From Candidatus Poribacteria bacterium (GTDB lineage Bacteria; Poribacteria; WGA-4E; PCPOR2b): a DNA stretch of 64,000 nucleotides. Under the pieces are notes generated by a model that was given only the letters and a program-made list of their open reading frames with translations, was not told where the DNA came from and searched no databases. Location of the stretch: NCBI GenBank assembly GCA_965215015.1, contig OZ244042.1, positions 32,001 to 96,000 of the forward strand, read 5' to 3'. Below are positions 29,621-39,434 of the stretch, one piece after another (positions within the stretch are counted from its first letter, which is position 1; each line of letters begins with the position of its first letter). The translations under genes were made by a program, and so were the position numbers.

Positions 29621-30289
29621 ATGATAACCCATGCGATGGAAGATTATCTGAAGACAGTCTACTTGCTGCAAGAAGGTCGGGAGAAAGTCTCTACCTCTGC
29701 TATAGCCCAGCAAATGGATGTTTCTGCCGCATCTGTCACCGGTATGATCCGAAAGTTGGCAGCGATGGGATTCTTGAATTACGCCTCCTATCACGGCGTT
29801 GAATTGACAGAAGGTGGAAAAAAAATCGCTCAAGAAATTATTCGTCATCATCGGTTACTGGAACTTTATCTCGTGGAAATCATGGGATTTACTTGGGACA
29901 AAGTGCACGATGAGGCGGATAAACTGGAACATGTTATCTCCGAGGAGTTTGAGGAAAGGATGAGCGAGGCGTTGGGACATCCGACAACCGACCCGCACGG
30001 ACACGCTATCCCAGCCAAGGATGGTGCACTCCAAGAAGTTACTTATGAAACGCTGACAGAGGTGAATGTGGGCAGTTCTGCTACCGTTCAGCATGTCAAT
30101 GATAATAATCCCGAAATGCTGCGTTACCTCGATCAGCTGGGTTTGCTGCCGGGCACCGTTGTCCAAGTTATGGCGAAAGAACCATTTAATGGACCATTGC
30201 GTTTGAGGATTGACCAGACCGAACACTTTGTTGGTCTCGAAGTCGCAGGAAATGTGTTTGTAAGTCCTCAGACCACCTTATCTGCATGA
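29621..30289 (+). CDS. mntR: DtxR/MntR-family metal-dependent repressor with FeoA-like C-terminal domain
   Basis: EDYLKTVY, HTH (VSAASVTGMIRKL), RHHRLLELYL, EADKLEH, DPHGHAIP, C-terminal LRYL..LGL.PG. Confidence 0.9.
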   Translation: MITHAMEDYLKTVYLLQEGREKVSTSAIAQQMDVSAASVTGMIRKLAAMGFLNYASYHGVELTEGGKKIAQEIIRHHRLLELYLVEIMGFTWDKVHDEADKLEHVISEEFEERMSEALGHPTTDPHGHAIPAKDGALQEVTYETLTEVNVGSSATVQHVNDNNPEMLRYLDQLGLLPGTVVQVMAKEPFNGPLRLRIDQTEHFVGLEVAGNVFVSPQTTLSA

Positions 30290-30333
30290 CGTTTGCACCG
30301 ATCGAAATTTGTGTGATGCCAATTTAAGAAAGG

Positions 30334-31311
30334 GTGAGGAAAAGTATGCACATAATCTATGGGTTGTTAGCTTTCGTGATGATATTATTTGTTACTTGCG
30401 ACCATCAATCGGACAAGGCTAGCCAGAAGACGTCAAGCTCAACAGGTATATCCAGCCAGAAACCGATTCGCGTAGTGACAACAATCGGCATGATTACCGA
30501 TATTGTTCAGAATATTGGAGGGGACCGGGTTAATGCGACGGGATTGATGGGACCCGGCATTGATCCACACCTATACAAAGCGAGTGAAGGCGATGTGGCT
30601 CGGCTCGCAGGTGCTGACCTCATCTTTTACAATGGTCTGCATCTAGAGGGGAAAATGGCCGGTGTGCTCGAAAGGATGCAGGACCAAGTAAAGACAGTTG
30701 CTGTAACACAGGACATTGATAGGGAGATACTGTTGGCTCCACCAGAGTTTGAAGGGGCATACGACCCGCACGTATGGTTCAATGTCACTCTTTGGATGAA
30801 AGCGGTTCAACGTATACGGGATACGCTCATTGAGGTGAATAAGAGCAGTGCAGCGTTGTACCAGACGAATACAGAAGATTACCTAGCAAAGCTAGAGGAA
30901 CTGCACAATTATGTAACACAGCAAGCGGAGCGGATACCTTCTGACCGAAGAGTGCTCGTCACGGCTCACGATGCCTTCAATTACTTTGGCCGCGCTTACG
31001 GATTTGAAGTGCGCGGTCTTCAGGGAATTAGTACCGCAACTGAAGCGGGCACAGCTGATGTGCAAGCACTCGTGCGGTTTATCGTCGAACGCCGCATCCC
31101 TGCTATGTTTGTCGAAACATCCGTGCCCCGCCAGAGCATCGAGGCAGTACAAGCCGCTGTCAAAGCGAAGGGATTTGCTGTAGAGATTGGCGGGCAGCTT
31201 TTCTCAGATGCAATGGGAGCGACGGGAACTCCAGAAGGCACGTACATCGGGATGGTGCGTCATAACATTGATACAATCGTCGCATCGCTTCTGCAATCGG
31301 CGACAGACTGA
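30334..31311 (+). CDS. troA: Mn/Zn ABC transporter substrate-binding lipoprotein (TroA/MntA)
   Basis: DPHLY, NGLHLE, DPHVW, TAHDAFNYFG, LFSDA; lipobox-like FVTC. Confidence 0.9.
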   Translation: MRKSMHIIYGLLAFVMILFVTCDHQSDKASQKTSSSTGISSQKPIRVVTTIGMITDIVQNIGGDRVNATGLMGPGIDPHLYKASEGDVARLAGADLIFYNGLHLEGKMAGVLERMQDQVKTVAVTQDIDREILLAPPEFEGAYDPHVWFNVTLWMKAVQRIRDTLIEVNKSSAALYQTNTEDYLAKLEELHNYVTQQAERIPSDRRVLVTAHDAFNYFGRAYGFEVRGLQGISTATEAGTADVQALVRFIVERRIPAMFVETSVPRQSIEAVQAAVKAKGFAVEIGGQLFSDAMGATGTPEGTYIGMVRHNIDTIVASLLQSATD

Positions 31312-31428
31312 TAGGGGTGTGGCCACCTTTTGTTTGTAGGGTGCAACAATCGTTGAACCCTATAACATGTGTTCACCCAAAAATAGATAGGCGAACGAGT
31401 GTCGGTGTGCGAGAGGAGGACGAATGAT

Positions 31429-32289
31429 ATGGCAAAATCCCTTAATAATCCATTGGCGATTGAGGTTGCAGATTTGACCGTGGCGTACCGGGATCAACCT
31501 GTGTTGTGGGACGTAGACCTTAACGTACCATCGGGGGTCCTCATGGCAATCGTCGGGCCCAACGGTGCAGGCAAAACGACGCTCATCAAAGCAATCTTGG
31601 GGCTAGTGACACCGGCAGCCGGGCGAATATTAATCTACGGTCAACCCTACGCCGATCAGCGGCAACTTGTGGGATACGTCCCGCAACGCGGGAGCGTTGA
31701 TTGGGATTTTCCGACAAGTGTATTGGACGTAGTCATGATGGGATGTTATGGTGCACTGGGATGGGGACGTCGCCCGGGCCGTCAGGAACGTGTACGAGGA
31801 ATGGAAGCCCTTGAAAATGTTGGGATGCTTGACTTTGCAGACCGGCAGATTAGTCAGCTCTCCGGCGGACAACAGCAGCGGGTCTTCTTGGCACGGGCAC
31901 TAGTGCAGGACGCCCAAGTGTATTTCATGGACGAACCATTTCAAGGCGTTGATGCGACGACCGAGCGGGCAATCGTTGCGCTTCTGCAAGACCTGCGCGC
32001 TGCTGGTAAGACCGTCATTGCTGTTCATCACGACTTGCAGACAGTGGCGGATTACTTCGATTCCGTAACGCTGCTAAACGTGCGTCGAGTTGCTAGTGGT
32101 CCAGTGAAGGAAGTATTTACAGAGCAGAATCTCCGACTGGCGTACGGTGGTCGCGTCGCTTTTCTCAGTCGAAATGATCAGGCTGATGGGACCACAGGAC
32201 AACCTGATGCAACATTATCTCAACCTGTTGGCGAAACCACAACTGTACAGGTTGACAAACCGATGGACACCTCGCTCCGTCTATCTTAG
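31429..32289 (+). CDS. troB: Mn/Zn ABC transporter ATPase (TroB/MntB)
   Basis: GPNGAGKT, YVPQRGSVDWDFP, LSGGQQQR, DEPF, HHDL. Confidence 0.92.
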   Translation: MAKSLNNPLAIEVADLTVAYRDQPVLWDVDLNVPSGVLMAIVGPNGAGKTTLIKAILGLVTPAAGRILIYGQPYADQRQLVGYVPQRGSVDWDFPTSVLDVVMMGCYGALGWGRRPGRQERVRGMEALENVGMLDFADRQISQLSGGQQQRVFLARALVQDAQVYFMDEPFQGVDATTERAIVALLQDLRAAGKTVIAVHHDLQTVADYFDSVTLLNVRRVASGPVKEVFTEQNLRLAYGGRVAFLSRNDQADGTTGQPDATLSQPVGETTTVQVDKPMDTSLRLS

Positions 32290-32320
32290 AGTAAACTTAC
32301 CTTAGGAGGTTATTTTTTTA

Positions 32321-34990
32321 ATGACACGAAAACTGTTGGTTGTTACTGCTACACTTTTGATTATCTTTTCTCTAAAGGTTCAAGCCAAATCTGGTGATGC
32401 ACCGTATCAAAAGCTACAGGTAAACACGGCACAAGCAGTTACCTTTGAATCAACATCTACTGATGTTGGAAATCTAGTGGTTATCAACGGTAACGAGCAT
32501 ATCGTCCAGCCGAAGAACGCTTTCGATTTAGCGGGACACGGTTTACGTTTCACGCCTAATGACCCGGACGGATACGATGTATCTATGCCAGAAGAGATTG
32601 AGTTTGTTAAAGCCTTTGGGGATGTATTGAATCTGAATGATGACGACAGTAAGAAGATCGATATCGGGTTTAATTTTCCATTTTTTGGTGAGGAACATAC
32701 GGAGGTTTTTGTCAATTCAGACGGAAATTTAACATTCGGCAAAGGGGATGCCGCTTCGCAGGCGCGGGACTTGCAACGATTTTTGGGAGAGGCCCCTCGC
32801 ATCGGTGTGTTGTACACTGATCTGAATCCGTTCTCCGGCGCAACTGTTGAGGTAAAGCAATCCTCTAGACAAGTTACCGTCACTTGGTTCAATGTTGAGG
32901 CCTTCAGCGAATACCTCTTTAGTGGAGAGGCCATTACAATGCAGGTTGTCCTGTTCAATACAGGCATCATTGACATCGTTTTTGAAAAGTCTGATATAAG
33001 AACAGGTATTGTTGGAATATCCCCCGGCGGACTCAATGATGCCTTTCAAGTGACTTTAGTGGACTACTCCGACAATTTGCCACTTGAAGGGACAATGGGG
33101 GCTATCGCAGAAGTCTTCGTAGAGCTACCAACCGTCAACCTACAGAATGTTGCTCGCGAGTTTTACCGGACCCATGGCGACGATTTTGATAGTTTAGTTC
33201 TCTTCACTAATTTTGAATCGAACCTAGACCAGGTCGGGGTTCTAGCATTTGCTATTTCCGTCCAGAATGATGTGTTAGGCATTGGCAACCCAAACAGAGG
33301 CGAAATCTTTCCACAATTTGATGACACCGCCGCTTATGGCAGCCAGGGCAAACTAAGAACCTTCCTCGGTATGAAAAACTTGAAGGTGTGGGAGGACGAT
33401 CCCTTGGAGAATACTTTTGGTCCAGCGACATCCACGCTGAGTGTACTCGCGCACGAATTTGGGCATCGGTGGATCGCTTACATCGATCCACCCGATTTAT
33501 TAGGTCGGGATTTTGCACATTGGAGTTTTTTCCTGCATACCAGTGGGTCTGTTATGGGCGGCAATGATATCCAAGATAACAGGGATGGCACTTTTACTAC
33601 CCTGGCACCAAAAGATCTTTATAGCCCGCTCGATTTATATTTGATGGGGTTGCTAAAGCCAGAAGAGGTTCCCCCTACCTTCTTGGTGGCCAACGCCTAT
33701 GATTTGGACATCCCACCTCCTTATGATGAACAGTCTATCTTTTCAAATGATTTACGATACTTGAATCCCTTGGGAGACGTTAGTTTTCGGGGGGAAAAAC
33801 AAGAGATAAAAATTGAAGATATTATTTCGATAAACGGAGAGCGAATCCCCGATGCTGAATCCTCTCAGAAGGACTTTCGGACTGCGTTTATCCTGCTTGC
33901 CATGGGTGAGGAGGGACCCACTCCTGACGAGATCGACAAGGTGGAGGCTGTCAGACTGTACTGGCCCCCTTTCTTCCATCGCGCCACGAACAACTTGGCA
34001 ACGATGGTGAGCACCCTCGATGGTTCACCTGAAAACGTTAGGTTGCCCAGTGGAGATGAACACGAGGAGCGCATTTTTAATTTTACACTGCATCTAAATA
34101 ACGGGTTAAATATCATTTCACCGCCGCTACGCCCACCAACGCCGCTGACAGCGCGCAGCTTTATGGAAATGGTCGGATCGACGGTTATTATCGCTGCCTT
34201 GGAAAATGGAGAGTTCATATCTCATACCAACGCAACACCCGGGGATGGATTTCCGATTGAAGGTGGACGGGGGTATATTGTCAACACGCCGGAAGGAGGG
34301 ACGGTCACATTCACAGGAGAACCCTGGGACGATTCCGATTCGACCCAAGCTGCTGAATCGGCGAGTGCCCCACCTGTCAACGGAACGCTTTGGGCGTTCG
34401 TCATTGATGGGGTTCTGGGCAGAGAAGGGTTCCAAGAATCTTACCAAATTACCGTTGATAATCTCAGGATAGGTAGTCGATTGACGGAAGGATTAGCAGA
34501 AGCAGGGGGCAGATTTACTTTAGGCTATGCCGATTTGAGTCGAACCCCAATCGTCCAAGTTGGCGATACTTTGCGTTTGACGCTTACCGATATCACTTTA
34601 GGTAAACCTATCGGCAAGACAGACTATACCATCACAGCCAATGATATTCGGAAGGCATATACAACACTTCACCTAACCTTCGATAGCATTGCCCCGATGC
34701 ACACCCAGCTGCTTCAGAATTACCCAAATCCATTCAATCCTGAGACGTGGATTCCATATCAACTCGCCTCTGATGCGGATGTGTCTATCATCATCTACAC
34801 CCCATCAGGTGAACAGATACGCACAATCTCGTTAGGTAGTCAAGCTGCTGGCTCATATCTTACCAAAGGACGCGCAGCTTATTGGGACGGGCGCAACGGA
34901 CGTGGTGAGCTAGTCAGTAGTGGCCTCTATTTTTACCATCTACAGGCTAGTGACTTTACGGATGTCAAACGGATGATCATCCTAAAATAA
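32321..34990 (+). CDS. Secreted zinc metallopeptidase-like protein with nidogen(NIDO)-like N-terminal region and C-terminal FlgD/T9SS-like domain
   Basis: Signal peptide; IGFNFPFFGEEHTEVFVNSDGNLTF; HEFGHRW (HExxH) with downstream HWS and YSPLDLYLMG; NYPNPFNPETWIPYQL. Confidence 0.75.
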   Translation: MTRKLLVVTATLLIIFSLKVQAKSGDAPYQKLQVNTAQAVTFESTSTDVGNLVVINGNEHIVQPKNAFDLAGHGLRFTPNDPDGYDVSMPEEIEFVKAFGDVLNLNDDDSKKIDIGFNFPFFGEEHTEVFVNSDGNLTFGKGDAASQARDLQRFLGEAPRIGVLYTDLNPFSGATVEVKQSSRQVTVTWFNVEAFSEYLFSGEAITMQVVLFNTGIIDIVFEKSDIRTGIVGISPGGLNDAFQVTLVDYSDNLPLEGTMGAIAEVFVELPTVNLQNVAREFYRTHGDDFDSLVLFTNFESNLDQVGVLAFAISVQNDVLGIGNPNRGEIFPQFDDTAAYGSQGKLRTFLGMKNLKVWEDDPLENTFGPATSTLSVLAHEFGHRWIAYIDPPDLLGRDFAHWSFFLHTSGSVMGGNDIQDNRDGTFTTLAPKDLYSPLDLYLMGLLKPEEVPPTFLVANAYDLDIPPPYDEQSIFSNDLRYLNPLGDVSFRGEKQEIKIEDIISINGERIPDAESSQKDFRTAFILLAMGEEGPTPDEIDKVEAVRLYWPPFFHRATNNLATMVSTLDGSPENVRLPSGDEHEERIFNFTLHLNNGLNIISPPLRPPTPLTARSFMEMVGSTVIIAALENGEFISHTNATPGDGFPIEGGRGYIVNTPEGGTVTFTGEPWDDSDSTQAAESASAPPVNGTLWAFVIDGVLGREGFQESYQITVDNLRIGSRLTEGLAEAGGRFTLGYADLSRTPIVQVGDTLRLTLTDITLGKPIGKTDYTITANDIRKAYTTLHLTFDSIAPMHTQLLQNYPNPFNPETWIPYQLASDADVSIIIYTPSGEQIRTISLGSQAAGSYLTKGRAAYWDGRNGRGELVSSGLYFYHLQASDFTDVKRMIILK

Positions 34991-35483
34991 CGCAAGTTGC
35001 CACTTAAAGCCCAAATGCCCGGTGGGTTGGCCGCCAATTCTTGGCTCATTGAGCCTAGAACAGTTTAGTGAGGGGTGCTCATAAAGGAGTCGGCACGCCC
35101 AGCGTGCCGTAAGCCCCACAATCGTTATAGTATATGGCTTGGCTAACACGCAACTGTCATTGAACTCCCAACATAATTTGAAGAACAAAGTACCTCCAAC
35201 CCCGTAGGTGGGGCATCTTGCCCTATCTCCCACCTGGGGCCCATATCTGTATCCGTGCAATCTGCTGCATCTGCTAAATTCGAGATTCAGACAATTATTA
35301 TGAGCACGCCTCAGTTTAGTGAGTGTTCGGGTATTTGCGATAAACGCACCAGATTCGTTATAGGCCCAACGGGCCAACAGGGACCAAATCGAAAAAGAGG
35401 AAACGAGGGCTTTTGTCTTTGCTCCCTTTCTCACCCTTTCACTTGCTTCCTTTCATTAATAGGTAGCCACAATAGGTCAGCGA

Positions 35484-36605
35484 ATGGAATTGCTACATAA
35501 TCTCTTCTTTGATTACACCCTACGTACAGTCGCACAAGGCTCCGCCACCCTTGGAATTGTCAGCGGTGCCTTAGGGACATACGCCGTCCTGCGGAAGCAG
35601 AGCTTGTTAGGAGACGCAATTTCCCATGCAGCATGGCCCGGTATTGCCCTAGCATTTCTGTTGACAGGCAGCAAAGCCCCCCTTGTATTGGTGTTGGGTG
35701 CCGCTGCTGCCGGTTGGATAGGTACACTCGTTGTGATGGGCATTGTCAATACGACCCGCATCAAAGATGATAGTGCATTGGGGTTGGTGCTCTCCGTGTT
35801 TTTTGGTTTCGGCCTTGTCCTGCTGACAGCGTTCATTCAGAAGATGCCCAACGCGAATCAGGCCGGACTTGACAAATTCCTCTTTGGTCAGGCGGCGGCA
35901 CTGGTAGAAAGAGACGTTAACACGATGGCGTCGCTGGGTATCATTGCACTGCTGATAATGATGGTTTTCTGGAAGGAGTTCAAACTTCTCAGTTTTGACC
36001 CCGATTTCGGAGCCAGCCTCGGTTTTCCCATGCGCTGGCTCGACGTTTTGCTGACGACACTTATTGTGATTGCTATCGTACTGGGATTGCAAACTGTCGG
36101 TGTGGTGCTGATGAGTGCTATGATTGTCGCACCGGCGGCGGCGGCCCGGCAGTGGACAGACCGTCTGGGCGTGATGGTTGCCCTATCTGCTCTGTTTGGT
36201 GCAGTTGCCGGCGTGAGCGGTGCACTCATTAGTAGTAGCATGGCCCGGATTCCCACCGGTCCAACCATCGTACTCTGTATCAGCGCAATCGTTGTAATAT
36301 CAATGACTCTCGCACCGAATCGAGGGTTGGTCTGGAATTGGATGCGACATCAACGCAACCGTCGTCAACTCCGCGTCGAAATGGTTCTGGATGACCTCTA
36401 CGCACTGACGTTGCAGCATGAAGATTTAGAACATCGGCATTCTGTAACCGTCTTAAATGCGATGAGTGCCGGGCGCGGCGGTGTTAAGCGTAGCCTCGAA
36501 GAACTAGAGACTCGTGGCTGGGCACAGCGAGACAGCACAGAATGGGCACTAACCCCGAAGGGATTGGCGGAAGCAGAACGCTTGGCGGAAAGGCGGGGAA
36601 ATTAG
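35484..36605 (+). CDS. troC: Mn/Zn ABC transporter permease (TroC) with C-terminal winged-helix-like extension
   Basis: SLLGDAISHA, KEFKLLSFDP, LQTVGVVL; cytoplasmic tail ending WALTPKGLAEA. Confidence 0.9.
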   Translation: MELLHNLFFDYTLRTVAQGSATLGIVSGALGTYAVLRKQSLLGDAISHAAWPGIALAFLLTGSKAPLVLVLGAAAAGWIGTLVVMGIVNTTRIKDDSALGLVLSVFFGFGLVLLTAFIQKMPNANQAGLDKFLFGQAAALVERDVNTMASLGIIALLIMMVFWKEFKLLSFDPDFGASLGFPMRWLDVLLTTLIVIAIVLGLQTVGVVLMSAMIVAPAAAARQWTDRLGVMVALSALFGAVAGVSGALISSSMARIPTGPTIVLCISAIVVISMTLAPNRGLVWNWMRHQRNRRQLRVEMVLDDLYALTLQHEDLEHRHSVTVLNAMSAGRGGVKRSLEELETRGWAQRDSTEWALTPKGLAEAERLAERRGN

Positions 36606-37772
36606 ATGGACCTATCACCACAGGTAGAAATTCAAATTATCGCTGCAGTTGTTGCTGTTGCATGTGCTTTGCCGGGTGTCTTTCTGGTACTCCGCCGTAT
36701 GGCATTGATGAGCGATGCCATCAGCCATGCAATCCTTTTGGGCATTGTTTTAGCGTTTTTCGTTATTGAGGACCTCGCATCGCCACTCCTTATTGTCGCA
36801 GCCGCAATCACCGGCGTGATTACGGTCGCGCTCGTGGAGCTCTTGCACGGTACCGGACTTGTGCGTGAGGATGCCGCCATTGGAATTGTGTTTCCGGCAC
36901 TATTTAGTGGAGGTGTGATTCTCATCTCTCGCTACGCAGGGAATGTCCATCTAGATACTCATGCTGTGCTGCTGGGGGAGTTGGCCTTTGCTTGGATGGA
37001 GCGATCGACCGTTTTCGGATACGACCTACCCAAATCGCTTTGGGTGATGGGGGGTATCCTGCTAATCAACCTCATTTTCATTACACTGTTCTACAAAGAA
37101 CTGAAACTGGCAACCTTTGACGCCGGACTCGCCGCCGCGCTCGGATTTTCACCTGTCCTCGTCCACTACGGTTTGATGACGTTGGTTTCGATCACAGCCG
37201 TTGGAGCATTTGACGCGGTAGGGTCCATTTTAGTTGTTGCGCTGATGATTGCCCCCCCAGCGACCGCTTACCTGCTGACCGATCGACTATCCTATCTGCT
37301 TGGATTGAGTGGGTTGAATGGTATAGCGAGCGCTATCACAGGCTACTGGTTGGCGCGTTGGCTGGATGCGTCTATCGCCGGGTCTATGGCAACGATGAGT
37401 GGTGTCTTCTTCCTTTTAACCTTTCTTCTTGCACCAACCCGCGGCATCATCGCTATCGCCCGGCGACGCGTGCGGCAGCGATGGCAATTCGCTCAGACAA
37501 TGCTCACCATTCACCTGCTGAATCATGAGGGGTCTCCTGAAGCCCAACGAGAACGGCGGATTGAGCATCTAGATGAGCATCTGCGCTGGAACCCTTCTTT
37601 CGCGGGGCAGGTTGTGAGATATGCAGAGAAACACGGCACCATCCGGGCCGATGCAGGTAATCTAATGTTGACCAAGCGTGGACGACAGATTGCCCGCGAA
37701 GGTTTAAGTATGTCTGAGGCAAACCCCGATCAGAAATTGGAATTCGCGGTTTCGCCGGGTTTCAGAGATTGA
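36606..37772 (+). CDS. troD: Mn/Zn ABC transporter permease (TroD) with C-terminal extension
   Basis: LMSDAISHA, YKELKLATFD, AFDAVGSILV; tail LTKRGRQIA. Confidence 0.9.
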   Translation: MDLSPQVEIQIIAAVVAVACALPGVFLVLRRMALMSDAISHAILLGIVLAFFVIEDLASPLLIVAAAITGVITVALVELLHGTGLVREDAAIGIVFPALFSGGVILISRYAGNVHLDTHAVLLGELAFAWMERSTVFGYDLPKSLWVMGGILLINLIFITLFYKELKLATFDAGLAAALGFSPVLVHYGLMTLVSITAVGAFDAVGSILVVALMIAPPATAYLLTDRLSYLLGLSGLNGIASAITGYWLARWLDASIAGSMATMSGVFFLLTFLLAPTRGIIAIARRRVRQRWQFAQTMLTIHLLNHEGSPEAQRERRIEHLDEHLRWNPSFAGQVVRYAEKHGTIRADAGNLMLTKRGRQIAREGLSMSEANPDQKLEFAVSPGFRD

Positions 37773-37805
37773 GACTATCGAAACCGAAATTTTATACCTC
37801 TATAA

Positions 37806-39278
37806 GTGGATCGGCATGTGGACTTCTCTCCCAATCCTCCAAATCACTCTCCAAAGCGAATTATCTCATTCCTCAATCTTATTCCAATCCAATGCCTCTG
37901 TATTGCCCTTTTCTTCCTAATTTACCACAAGCTCCTTGCCCACTGGATGCGGACGGCTTCTGTTAATCTGGGAGCGGTCAAATTTCATCGCCATGTGGTT
38001 CCCCTCTACGCACTACCGCAAATCGATCTGAGCATCTGGCTGCTTCCTGCATTGGTTGTTTTGGTAGTGTTCCTGCTCCTTTGCCACAAGATTCTGATCC
38101 AGCGATCTGTGCCATCTACTTGGCTCTTTCTAATCTCGGCTGGGTTCTTTCTTGCCATTAGTATTAGCGTTGCGATGATTGATGGCTACCAAGAGGTAAG
38201 TGGAAGGCAGTTGCCTGCATTCCAAGAACCGTATACGCGGACAAGATATGAATATTACAATGATGTGCCAAAGGTAGATCGGGCCGGTCTCTTGTCATTC
38301 ATACGAGATTACGCCAAACCGGAGTTGTTCTCAACGTTATCGGGACATGCACAAACCCATCCGCCCGGCGGTATACTGTTCCTGTGGATTGTCAGCAAAC
38401 TCTTCGGATATAATCTGTTGGCTGCATCACTTGGGTCAATTGTCTTCACGAGCTTAACGGTGATACCAATCTACCTGCTTGCGAGAGAACTGTATGGTGA
38501 ATTGACCGCACGATATACCCTGGTGCTGTTCCTAATTACTCCCAATTTCGTCATGTTTACGGGAACATCAATGGATGGACCGTTCAGTGTTTTTCCAATC
38601 TTAAGTCTCTACCTCTTTTACGAGCGGAGGGGCTCGGAGAGGGCGATACTCTACGGATTCTTGACGGGAATTTCGCTTAGTTGTGGAATGCTGATGACGT
38701 ACTCGACAGTGTTCATCGGTTTATTTTTTGGTGTCGTCATGCTGCTTATCTTAATTGTCGACCGAAGGAGATTCAGACATACACTGACCCTATTACTGAC
38801 TATCGGCGTTACCTTCACCGCATTTTATCTGCTGATATTTCTATTTACAGGGTTTAATCTGCTGGAGGCTTTGCAGGCGTCGATAAGGAAAGACAGGGAG
38901 GGACTAGGAACAGGATATGAAACGATTGGGCTATACTTAAACTTGAGTATTGGCAATCTGTTTGCCTTTCTTATTGGGGTCGGAATACCGATGACAACTG
39001 TGTGGATTCGGCAGGTTGTGCGAACGATTCAAAACGGCCAGCGTGGTGAACCAATCGACATCTACGTCATTAGCTATCTAATCTCGTTGTTGGTGATTGC
39101 CTTTTCTGCACTTTTCACAATGGAGGTTGAACGAATCTGGATCTTTATGGCTCCTTTTGTTATTATTCCTGTGGCGAAATATCTGAGCCAGCGAGGGATA
39201 GCCGATTTTTATTGGGTCACCGGGTTGTTGTGCCTGCAATTGGTTTTGTTTGAGGTGACGCTGTATACTTACTGGTAA
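37806..39278 (+). CDS. Polytopic membrane protein, GT-C (PMT/ArnT-like) glycosyltransferase candidate
   Basis: Many transmembrane segments; THPPG motif; EVERIW near the C-terminus. Confidence 0.65.
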   Translation: MDRHVDFSPNPPNHSPKRIISFLNLIPIQCLCIALFFLIYHKLLAHWMRTASVNLGAVKFHRHVVPLYALPQIDLSIWLLPALVVLVVFLLLCHKILIQRSVPSTWLFLISAGFFLAISISVAMIDGYQEVSGRQLPAFQEPYTRTRYEYYNDVPKVDRAGLLSFIRDYAKPELFSTLSGHAQTHPPGGILFLWIVSKLFGYNLLAASLGSIVFTSLTVIPIYLLARELYGELTARYTLVLFLITPNFVMFTGTSMDGPFSVFPILSLYLFYERRGSERAILYGFLTGISLSCGMLMTYSTVFIGLFFGVVMLLILIVDRRRFRHTLTLLLTIGVTFTAFYLLIFLFTGFNLLEALQASIRKDREGLGTGYETIGLYLNLSIGNLFAFLIGVGIPMTTVWIRQVVRTIQNGQRGEPIDIYVISYLISLLVIAFSALFTMEVERIWIFMAPFVIIPVAKYLSQRGIADFYWVTGLLCLQLVLFEVTLYTYW

Positions 39279-39336
39279 CCATAGCAATCACACCCACTTA
39301 AAAAAGTCAAGTAGACAGCTTCAATGACGACTGACC

Positions 39337-39365
39337 TTGCAATAGCTTAGCAAAACGGGTAAAAT
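39337..39365 (+). promoter_or_regulatory. Putative sigma70 promoter
   Basis: TTGCAA-17 bp-TAAAAT upstream of 39435. Confidence 0.5.
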
Positions 39366-39434
39366 ATGCCAACCACGTAATAGTACAATGAAAAATGTCC
39401 CGATCAGATCGGGATTAGACGAAGGAGAGATGCC

